A DNA stretch of 64,000 nt from Candidatus Brocadiia bacterium (GTDB lineage: Bacteria > Planctomycetota > Brocadiia > CAIUPP01). The stretch lies in contig JBEKCB010000002.1 in the NCBI GenBank assembly GCA_050015075.1, positions 32,001-96,000 on the forward strand. Direction: 5' to 3'. How positions within the stretch are numbered: position 1 is the first letter of the stretch; each line of letters begins with the position of its first letter. A program made the translations under genes and the position numbers. Of this stretch, positions 55,696 to 64,000 are shown one piece after another. The notes below the pieces were generated by a model, which worked only from the letters and a program-made list of their open reading frames with translations, had not been told where the DNA came from and made no database searches.

Positions 55696-56564
55696 ATTTC
55701 GCCTCCGGGTAATCCCGCGTTGGCGACGGCCGTAGCGTCGGGTGGCGGGCTTTGTTTGCTTGCAACCCCGACGAGCTTTTTTCTCCGTACCAGGAACAGG
55801 ACCGCACCTAAAGGCAAACCGAATGAAAAAATCCATGGGCCATACGGCTGCCTCACTGCACCGGCGCCAAATAAATGGAAGTCCAGCGGGTGGACCCTCC
55901 ATTGCCCATCGGCCCGCTCAATCCCGAAGGCGGTCCATTGCCCGGTAGTCCAGTTCATATTGAAACTGCCTATGCCAACAATAATGAAGATAATCCAGAG
56001 CCATTTTCTCTTTGCCATCTTCGTCCTGATGCATAATACGAGGACGCATAAGATGAATAGCGGAATCAAAACGACGAGCGCGAGGACACTGTACTGGAAT
56101 GCGCTCTTGCCGGCGAAAGTGAATTTGTGGATGTTCTCTAAAGAATCTGAGATGCGGTATGTGTTGAATCCGATGATGGTGGAAACATCACCTTTTTTCT
56201 GAACCGCAACATTAATCAGAAGCCACGCGCTCGGAAACTGATACTCAAACGAGAGGTTGCTTCGGTAGAGGCCCGGACTGCGAAAGACATTCGCGCCGAT
56301 GACCTTGACTGATAGTGGGTCTTGAGGCGGAATGAATTCAGCCATCTTCAGCAGCGTTTCATGAGTAAGCGCAGACTTGAGGCTTGGGTCAATGTCCTTT
56401 TCAATCTGCTCAAAGTTGTTTTGCCGAAGCTGGGCGATGTAGCCTTTCGCAACCTGCTCGTCTTCAGGTGGAGTCCATGCCTTCATCATGTCTTCCGGTG
56501 ATTTATAGCAGCCTGCGAGGCCGGCCAGCAGCAAGGCAGCAAACAGATTGACGTAGCGCATCAT
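55692..56564 (-). CDS. Hypothetical membrane lipoprotein (cassette cargo)
   Basis: Lipobox LAGC, periplasmic domain and about 3 TM helices; AT-richer codon usage; the stop overlaps the yjbQ ATG. Confidence 0.7.
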   Translation of the reverse strand: MMRYVNLFAALLLAGLAGCYKSPEDMMKAWTPPEDEQVAKGYIAQLRQNNFEQIEKDIDPSLKSALTHETLLKMAEFIPPQDPLSVKVIGANVFRSPGLYRSNLSFEYQFPSAWLLINVAVQKKGDVSTIIGFNTYRISDSLENIHKFTFAGKSAFQYSVLALVVLIPLFILCVLVLCIRTKMAKRKWLWIIFIIVGIGSFNMNWTTGQWTAFGIERADGQWRVHPLDFHLFGAGAVRQPYGPWIFSFGLPLGAVLFLVRRKKLVGVASKQSPPPDATAVANAGLPGGEI

Positions 56565-56615
56565 TTTGCCTCTTGTAAGGTCCCCGCCATAGGACGCTCA
56601 GACGTCAAATGTCAC

Positions 56616-56644
56616 ATTCTGACGAGAGAGGTCACCTCCGTCAA
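56616..56644 (-). promoter_or_regulatory. Cassette-borne sigma70-like promoter
   Basis: Minus strand TTGACG-17 bp-CAGAAT upstream of the cargo gene. Confidence 0.5.
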
Positions 56645-56764
56645 GAACTTTTTCTTCAGTCTGCCCGCCTTGAACGACTCGAAGGCGCGGAGCTTGATTC
56701 AGAGAACGAGGGCGAGCTAGAATCGCTCTAAAATACTCGGGATTCACGCTCCGGCGAGCAATAA

Positions 56765-56827
56765 TTAATTCTCGATATAGCCCTGTTTCGCCGTGTTGAA
56801 CCAGAGGTAATCGGTGCGCGACTTCAT
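56765..56827 (-). pseudogene. Displaced original 5' end of yjbQ (20-codon stub)
   Basis: AGGAGG RBS, then [14 protein letters not shown] (identical to YjbQ residues 1-14) + QGYIEN*. Confidence 0.8.
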
Positions 56828-56987
56828 CTTTCCACCTCCTCAAGTCAGGAACGCCCCGCCAGTATATGCGTTGCGGCGCGCGAGTCAATCCCGCCCTGTC
56901 CCGGCGGCGCCCGTCCGCCGCATATTGAATGCATCCGGCGCGCCGCCCTTCCTGTCGCCGGCGCGCATAATTACTTCATATACAATG

Positions 56988-57015
56988 TTGACTTACCATC
57001 ACACTGAGGTAGAAT
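56988..57015 (+). promoter_or_regulatory. Sigma70-like promoter for the GNAT gene
   Basis: TTGACT-16 bp-TAGAAT. Confidence 0.5.
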
Positions 57016-57043
57016 AGCATATCAGGACAGAAACTGTAGCAAA

Positions 57044-57898
57044 ATGGTTCAACGCACGGCGGGTAAAACGGACCCGGACGCGATGAAGCACTCGATCACA
57101 ATCGGCGGTCTGCAAAGGGACATTGACATCCGACCGATGGATGAGGATTTCATTGTCTACCGGAAGATGTACGTCCCGCCGCTCACCCGCGAGAACATCT
57201 CCCAGATCAACCCGGGCGATTGGCGCGAGCACCTCGAAGAGTTCAAACGCGCCGGGTGGCAGCAGGCCATCCAGGCGTTCCTGCAACGGGAGATCCGCGC
57301 GCTGGGCAGTTGCGCCATGCTCGGCTGGGACGGCAACGGCGTCGTCGCCATGATGTACTTTACCACCGCGGAGATGTACGATGCCTTCAAGGCGCGCCGC
57401 GGCTGCCACTGCGTTGAGAGCCGAAGAATGCCGGCCGTGATCGAGTCGCTCAAAGACGAGCAGGTCGCCGAACTGCTGAGTTCGCCGAGCAAGACGCTGC
57501 GGGTTCTCTGCTTCAATGTCGGCCATTTCGACCAGCGGTACCACGGGCAAGGCATCGCGACCGCCATGATCGAATGCCTCAAGCCGTGGGCCCGCGAGCG
57601 AGGCTGGCGGCGGATCCTGGCGGATTCCTGTCCGGACATCACGCCGCCGACGGTGGTCGGGGATCATCTCCTCCGCCGCGGCGCGCTGGAGCGGCGCGGG
57701 TTCCGCGTGCTCGAAAACACGCTCGCGCCGCCGGAGCAGGCGCGCGCCCGCCTGCGCGCGATCGAGGCTTACGCGAGCGGCAAGCAGGAGCATTCCGCCG
57801 AGGCGAGCTGGTACGTCCGCAATTTCCCGCGCCTCCACGCCGCGTTCGTCTGGCGGTCCGAGTACGACCTCGACCACGTGATGGCGTGCGATTTGTGA
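57044..57898 (+). CDS. GNAT-family N-acetyltransferase
   Basis: 'CFNV.....YHGQGIATAMI....WARERGW'. Confidence 0.7.
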   Translation: MVQRTAGKTDPDAMKHSITIGGLQRDIDIRPMDEDFIVYRKMYVPPLTRENISQINPGDWREHLEEFKRAGWQQAIQAFLQREIRALGSCAMLGWDGNGVVAMMYFTTAEMYDAFKARRGCHCVESRRMPAVIESLKDEQVAELLSSPSKTLRVLCFNVGHFDQRYHGQGIATAMIECLKPWARERGWRRILADSCPDITPPTVVGDHLLRRGALERRGFRVLENTLAPPEQARARLRAIEAYASGKQEHSAEASWYVRNFPRLHAAFVWRSEYDLDHVMACDL

Positions 57899-57901
57899 GC
57901 G

Positions 57902-58768
57902 CTATTTCCGCCCGCGCGGCTTCTTCGCCGCGCCCTTCTTCGCCTCCTCGACGAGCGCCATCAGCCGCCGGCCGTATTCGACGTAGGTGCTGTACATCGC
58001 CGCGGGGTCGGAGGTCTTCCCCTCGTGCACGATCGCGGCGATATGCGGCTCGATCGAGATGCCGCCCTGGTACCCGCCGCTGAGCAGGTCGCGCACGATC
58101 CGCGCCACGTCGCCCTGCCCTTCGCCCGGATAGCACGGCTGGGCCTTCTCGCCGGTCTTCCGCGCATCCTTGATGTGGACGTACGCGACCTGCGGCTTCA
58201 CCTGCGCGTAGTAATCGAACGACGCCTGCCCGTGAAAAACGGTGTTGCCGGTGTCGAAGACCAGTTTCAGCGCCGGCGAGCCGACCGCGGCGATCAGCTC
58301 GAGCGACTGCTTCGGCCCGAGCCCGCCCCAGCCGTCGCAGTTCTCGTGGACGAGCGTCACACCGCCGTCCTCGGCCATCTTCGCCATCTCGCGGATGCGC
58401 CGGACCGCCTCGGCGCGCCACTGCGCCTCGGGCACATTGGTCTTGTTCGTGTAGCTCATGATCCGGATAAAGGGCGTGTTCAGCTTCTTCATGCGCGGGA
58501 TGGAGCGCTTCAGCTCATCCACGTCCACCTCGAACGGCCCGAGAATGTCCCGCGACCAGTTGGCGATCCGGCTCGCGAAGCACGAGACCTGGATGCCGGC
58601 CTTCTGCAACTGCGAGCGGATTTCCTCGAACGGCTTCTCGTCGGCCAAGGCGAGCGTCGTGTCGTTGACGGCGCGGATTTCGATGTGCTTCCATCCGAGT
58701 TCCTTGTGCGCGCGGATCTGCGTCTCCAGCGGTGTTCCGGCTTCGTCGGCGATCCCCGATAAAAACAT
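57902..58768 (-). CDS. Sugar-phosphate isomerase/epimerase (xylose isomerase-like TIM barrel)
   Basis: 'SGIADEA', 'HEN', 'FDTGN', 'HIKD', 'SIEPH'. Confidence 0.85.
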   Translation of the reverse strand: MFLSGIADEAGTPLETQIRAHKELGWKHIEIRAVNDTTLALADEKPFEEIRSQLQKAGIQVSCFASRIANWSRDILGPFEVDVDELKRSIPRMKKLNTPFIRIMSYTNKTNVPEAQWRAEAVRRIREMAKMAEDGGVTLVHENCDGWGGLGPKQSLELIAAVGSPALKLVFDTGNTVFHGQASFDYYAQVKPQVAYVHIKDARKTGEKAQPCYPGEGQGDVARIVRDLLSGGYQGGISIEPHIAAIVHEGKTSDPAAMYSTYVEYGRRLMALVEEAKKGAAKKPRGRK

Positions 58769-58812
58769 CCCGGCTCCTTTCAAAGAAGCTTTAACCACGG
58801 CAGAAGAATTTT

Positions 58813-58896
58813 AACCACAGATGGACACAGATTTACACAGATAAGAGAAACGACACCTTAATCCGTATCTGTGTTCATCTGTGCCCATCTGTGGTT
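58813..58896. repeat. Inverted tandem-repeat element, 10-bp period (ACACAGAT family)
   Basis: aaccacagatggacacagatttacacagat (58813-58842) / atctgtgttcatctgtgcccatctgtggtt (58867-58896). Confidence 0.88.
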
Positions 58897-58937
58897 CCAG
58901 TCGTTATCTGTTATCTCCGTTATCCTGTCAGCGCGGT

Positions 58938-59717
58938 TTACTTCTTGAAGATCTCGTCGAAAAACTTCTTCATCGCATCCCAGGAACGCCGATCGGCCGC
59001 CGCGTTGTACGCCACGCCTCTCGACGGATCGTCGCCGGAGGCGGGGTTGGTGAAGCTGTGCACCGCGCCGCCGTAAAAGATCATCTGCCAGTCCACTTTC
59101 GCGTCGCGCATCTCCTGCTGGAAAGCCGCGACCTGCGCCGCGTTGACGTGCGGATCGTCCGCGCCGTGCAGGACCAGCACTTTCGCCCGGATATTCTTCG
59201 CATCGTCGGCATTCGGCGTGTCGAGGTTGCCGTGGAAGCTCGCGACCCCGGCGATGTCCGCGCCGCTGCGGGCCAGTTCGAGCACCACGCCGCCGCCGAA
59301 GCAGTATCCGATGGCCGCGACGCGCCGCGGATCGCATTGCGGATTCTTCCGCAGCGTCTCGAGCGCCGCCTGCGCCCGCGCGCGCATCAGCGGGCGGTCG
59401 TTCCGCAGCGCCGTCGCCAGCTTGCCGGCTTCCGCCGCGTCCTTCGCGACGACGCCGTCCCCGTACATATCCACCGCAAGAGCCACGTAGCCCAGTTGCG
59501 CCAGTTGCCGCGCGCGGGACTTGGCGTAATCGTTCAGGCCGTACCACTCGTGCACCACCAGCACGCCCGGACGCCGGCCCTGGACCGCGTCGTCCCAGGC
59601 CATATAGCCGATCATCGTCGTGTCGCCCAGCTTGTACTTCACCGTCTCCGTCCGCACCTCGCCGCTGGCCGTCAACGCCGCGGCCAGCACCGTCAACGCC
59701 GGCACCAGGCACTTCAT
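58938..59717 (-). CDS. Dienelactone hydrolase family protein (exported)
   Basis: 'VHEWYGLN', nucleophile 'GYCFGG', 'HGADD', 'HSFTNP'. Confidence 0.9.
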   Translation of the reverse strand: MKCLVPALTVLAAALTASGEVRTETVKYKLGDTTMIGYMAWDDAVQGRRPGVLVVHEWYGLNDYAKSRARQLAQLGYVALAVDMYGDGVVAKDAAEAGKLATALRNDRPLMRARAQAALETLRKNPQCDPRRVAAIGYCFGGGVVLELARSGADIAGVASFHGNLDTPNADDAKNIRAKVLVLHGADDPHVNAAQVAAFQQEMRDAKVDWQMIFYGGAVHSFTNPASGDDPSRGVAYNAAADRRSWDAMKKFFDEIFKK

Positions 59718-59775
59718 GGCGCGCCCCCTTTCCCTCAATGGCCCCAGGATTGAAACGATTTACGAACGACGGCGG

Positions 59776-60447
59776 TCAAATCCTGCCGAGCGACTTCCAG
59801 TATCTGTACTCGTGCGGCCAGTCCTCTTTGTGCATGGAGATCAACGCTTTCATCCTGCCGAAGAACGCCGCGCGCTCCGATTCCTGGTCGGCGAAAGTCT
59901 GGCTATCGCGGATCGCGGCGACCATGCGATTGCCCAGGTCGCCGGCCTCGCCGAACCTGGCGCCCCGGCCGCCTTTACCCTCGACCTCGCTCGCCTCGGC
60001 CGCCACGCTGCCGACGGTCCAGCAGCCGAGCGCCCGGAGGAAGTGCAGGATATACCCTTCCACCACGTCGCTGCCGCTGCCGCCGGAGGTCACCACCGCC
60101 GCGCCGTACTTCCCTTCCAGCGCCTGGCAATGGATCGGGCAGGAGCAGCGGTCCATCAGCGCCTTCATCTGCGCCGTCACGCTGAAGATGTAGTTCGGGC
60201 TGGCGAGCACGATGCCGTCCGCCTTCATAAACGCCTCTTCGACTTTCTTGAAATCATCCTTGATCACGCACTGGCCCGTCTTGTGGCACGAGCCGCAGCC
60301 GCGACAAGGCTTGACGTCCATCCGGGTCACGTCGAACTGCGTCACCTCGGCGCCGGAGGCCTTGAGCGACTCCTCGACGCGCGAAAGGAGCTGTCCGGTG
60401 TTACCCTTCATCCCGTGCGGGCTGCCGATCACCGTCACGATATTCAT
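59776..60447 (-). CDS. Flavodoxin-fold iron-sulfur flavoprotein / NADPH-dependent FMN reductase
   Basis: 'GSPH..GNT', 'CRGCGSC.....C', 'ASPNY', 'KALMDR'. Confidence 0.85.
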   Translation of the reverse strand: MNIVTVIGSPHGMKGNTGQLLSRVEESLKASGAEVTQFDVTRMDVKPCRGCGSCHKTGQCVIKDDFKKVEEAFMKADGIVLASPNYIFSVTAQMKALMDRCSCPIHCQALEGKYGAAVVTSGGSGSDVVEGYILHFLRALGCWTVGSVAAEASEVEGKGGRGARFGEAGDLGNRMVAAIRDSQTFADQESERAAFFGRMKALISMHKEDWPHEYRYWKSLGRI

Positions 60448-60571
60448 CGCGCACCTTCCCTTTCTGGCATTCGTGCCCACGAACCGAACGACGCCTGCCG
60501 CACCTCACCGATGTTACCGCGAGCATGGCGGTTTCGCAAGCCGGGCGGACAAGGACATACCGTGCGCAGGA

Positions 60572-60751
60572 TTACTTGGAGCGCCGGCTGGGGCGCAGTA
60601 TGACTTTCGTCACGCGCCCGTTCTCCAAGACATAAAGCGGGCGCCCTGACTTCCGGTGTTCCCGGCGCAACCGTCGAACCGCCCGGCGCATGGCTTCCAG
60701 CGCCTCATTTCCCAGCGCAATTTCCTCTTCGCGTGTCAGACGACGAGTCAT
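60572..60751 (-). CDS. Small basic hypothetical protein (59 aa), partner of the zeta-like ATPase; absent from the ORF track
   Basis: MTRRLTREEEIALGNEALEAMRRAVRRLRREHRKSGRPLYVLENGRVTKVILRPSRRSK*; ATGA overlap with the upstream stop. Confidence 0.65.
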   Translation of the reverse strand: MTRRLTREEEIALGNEALEAMRRAVRRLRREHRKSGRPLYVLENGRVTKVILRPSRRSK

Positions 60752-61350
60752 GGTTGAATTCCTGTGACCTTGATTCCGGCTGCGCGCTCAACCTCGGCCA
60801 TCGTTTCCCCTACGATTGAGGTCAAGAACCGAGCGTTCCCCGTTGCAATCAGCTTCGGCTGGTGCCACGAATTGTCCACGATGGCCAGGAAGTCCGCCAA
60901 GGGACGGTAGAGCGTGAAAAGATTCCGCAGGCCAACGGCATAACGTCGCCTCACGTCGGCTTCCGGCACATTGTGGCCGCCGTCTCGCACTCGGTCGGCA
61001 ATTCTGCGGAGTGCGAGATCCACGTCTCTCAACCAGAGAAAGTAAATTCGAATCGCGTAACCGCGCCGTTTCAAGTCTTTCAACAGGTGCACGTATGTTA
61101 CACCCGCCAGCGTCGTCTCAAAGCCGAAGTTCTTACGCTCCTGCGCGAGCTGCCGGATGCGGCGCAGCGACAGTTTTCCCGCCTCGATCGCTGCCCGGTA
61201 CGGAGCGAACGGCGAAAGCCCGCCGGCCAGGTAGTCCGCGTTGACGAACTCGAAGTTCGCCTCCAACCTCGGCAGGAATTCCCTGGCAAAGGTGGTCTTG
61301 CCTGATCCATTCGGTCCCGCGATGATGTAAACGACAGGCTTGTCGTTCAT
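60748..61350 (-). CDS. Zeta-toxin-like / AAA P-loop ATPase
   Basis: 'IIAGPNGSGKTT', 'VNAD', 'FETTLAG', 'RV..GGHNVPE..VRRRY', 'VDNS'. Confidence 0.85.
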   Translation of the reverse strand: MNDKPVVYIIAGPNGSGKTTFAREFLPRLEANFEFVNADYLAGGLSPFAPYRAAIEAGKLSLRRIRQLAQERKNFGFETTLAGVTYVHLLKDLKRRGYAIRIYFLWLRDVDLALRRIADRVRDGGHNVPEADVRRRYAVGLRNLFTLYRPLADFLAIVDNSWHQPKLIATGNARFLTSIVGETMAEVERAAGIKVTGIQP

Positions 61351-61414
61351 CGTTCCGGTTATATCACTGGAAGTCCGGCCGCACCAAACCTTTTGGGTCT
61401 TCAACTTCAGCCGT

Positions 61415-62884
<1,470 letters not shown>

Positions 62885-62909
62885 GAGTCACTCTTACCAG
62901 GACAGCGGT

Positions 62910-62997
62910 GATTGGGAAATTGGGAGATTAGGAGATTGGGGCTCGGCAATACCGCCAGGCGTTAATCTCCCAATCTCCCAATCTCCTAATCTCCCAT
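62910..62997. repeat. Inverted tandem-repeat element, 8-bp period (AATCTCCC family)
   Basis: gattgggaaattgggagattaggagattggg / aatctcccaatctcccaatctcctaatctccca, between gatC and gatA. Confidence 0.88.
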
Positions 62998-63288
62998 TCA
63001 CTCGATCACACGCGGCACGCGGAAAAAGCCGTCAGCCGCGTCCGGCGCGTTCTGGAGCGCGCTCTCGCGCGGCAGCGAGCCGGTCGGCGTGTCGTCGCGC
63101 CAGACGCTCGCGAGCGCGCCGGGATGCGAGAGCGGCTCGACGCCGCTCGTGTCCAGCTCGTTGAGCTTGGCGATCAGGTCGAGCACCTGGTTCAATTGGC
63201 CGGCCATCTTCTCGGCCATTTCGCCGGAAATGTCGAGCCGCGCCAGGTGCGCGACCGCGTCCACCTCTTTTTTGCTCAGGCTCATCAT
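62998..63288 (-). CDS. gatC: Asp-tRNA(Asn)/Glu-tRNA(Gln) amidotransferase subunit C
   Basis: 'VAHLARL', 'LNELDTSGVEP', 'LQNAP...GFFRVPRVIE'. Confidence 0.95.
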   Translation of the reverse strand: MMSLSKKEVDAVAHLARLDISGEMAEKMAGQLNQVLDLIAKLNELDTSGVEPLSHPGALASVWRDDTPTGSLPRESALQNAPDAADGFFRVPRVIE

Positions 63289-63488
63289 CGGCTCCTTCAA
63301 CCGGGAACGCGCGGAAACTCATTTTAACAACCGCGGTTTGAAAAGCAAACTCGCCGCGCAGGAGTGCGCGGCGCTTCCGGCGGCATGGGCGATCGCGCAC
63401 CCCCGAACTTGCGGCGCTCGCGGTCTCTGGCTTATAATCACGGCCGGTGGGAGAGCCCAAATCCAGATTGCAGAATGCGGATCGCAGA

Positions 63489-64000
63489 ATGAAGAATCCA
63501 AGAGTCGTCGTCTCTCGCTGTGAAACCTGCCTGTGCCTCCTCGCGCTGCTCGCACTGTGGGCGACAGGCTGCAACGAAACCGCGATGCCGGGAGGCGCCA
63601 AGGCCGGGGCTAAGGCGGCGGCGCCGGTCAAGGTCTCGGAGGCCGTCGAGAAGACGGTGCCCATCCAGATCAAGACGTTCGGCAACGTGCAGGCTTACGC
63701 CTCGGTCGCGATCCGGGCGCAGGTGAACGTCGAGCTGATGACGATCGGGTTCAAAGAAGGCGAGGAAGTCAAAGAGGGCCGGGTGCTCTTCACGCTCGAC
63801 GCGCGCCCGCTCGAGGCGGCGGTCCGCCAGGCCGAAGCCGCCGTCCGCCAGGCCGAAGCCGCGTTCAAACAGGCCGAGGCCACGCGCAAGCAGGCTGAGG
63901 CCACGGTGGTCAAGGACAAGGCCCTGGCCAGGAACGCCAAGCTCGAGGCCGACCGCGCGCAGACGCTGCTCAAACAAGGCGCCTACACGCAGGAACAGTA
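63489..64000 (+). CDS. MdtA-like RND efflux periplasmic adaptor (3'-truncated by the window)
   Basis: MKNPRV...WATGC lipobox, 'GNVQAYASVAIRAQV', 'FKEGEEVKEGRVLFTLDARP', then a helical hairpin; open to the window end. Confidence 0.85.
   Translation, partial: MKNPRVVVSRCETCLCLLALLALWATGCNETAMPGGAKAGAKAAAPVKVSEAVEKTVPIQIKTFGNVQAYASVAIRAQVNVELMTIGFKEGEEVKEGRVLFTLDARPLEAAVRQAEAAVRQAEAAFKQAEATRKQAEATVVKDKALARNAKLEADRAQTLLKQGAYTQEQ

Larger units (their letters stand above)
55652..56815. mobile_element. Integrase-less 1.13-kb cassette inserted in the yjbQ 5' end, bounded by a 32-bp direct repeat
   Basis: tgtttcgccgtgttgaaccagaggtaatcggt occurs at 55652-55683 and 56784-56815; the interior is visibly AT-richer. 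Confidence 0.8.

Noticed and set aside
55652-56815. 32-bp duplicated coding segment as a DGR template/variable repeat pair
   Set aside because: It is too short, lies at the gene 5' end, differs only synonymously rather than at adenines, and there is no reverse transcriptase.
63822-63863. 21-bp tandem duplication (VRQAEAA x2) in the RND adaptor
   Set aside because: This is ordinary heptad expansion in the alpha-hairpin of membrane-fusion proteins.

Overview
High-GC bacterial chromosome segment, most likely from a PVC-superphylum organism (probably Planctomycetota), judged from the PVC-type small basic protein at 47506-47889. There are about 55 CDS: an archaeal/eukaryal-type Pus10 divergent from mnmA; toxin-antitoxin-like modules; an OprO/P porin; a cusBA+TolC heavy-metal efflux operon; a penicillin acylase; P-II + glutamate dehydrogenase; a large L-Ara4N (arn) cluster with four ArnT-like transferases and a split ArnA; an LptF/G permease with a coiled-coil insertion; lolE/lolD; a glycyl-radical enzyme with its activase; transaldolase; yjbQ; gatCA; and a partial RND adaptor. 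No rRNA, tRNA, CRISPR, integrase or transposase was seen. The most striking non-gene signal is a dense set of short dispersed elements sharing one architecture: a short degenerate tandem-repeat arm (period 6-10 bp), a spacer, then the reverse-complement arm. REP-like palindromes are also present. These elements sit at operon junctions, nest inside each other, and appear inserted in-frame in several proteins (Pus10, ArnT paralogues, C-termini of CusA and ArnB). A separate 1.13-kb integrase-less cassette is inserted into the 5' end of yjbQ, with a 32-bp duplication and a synonymously recoded replacement start. All calls come from motif reading only; no database search was run.
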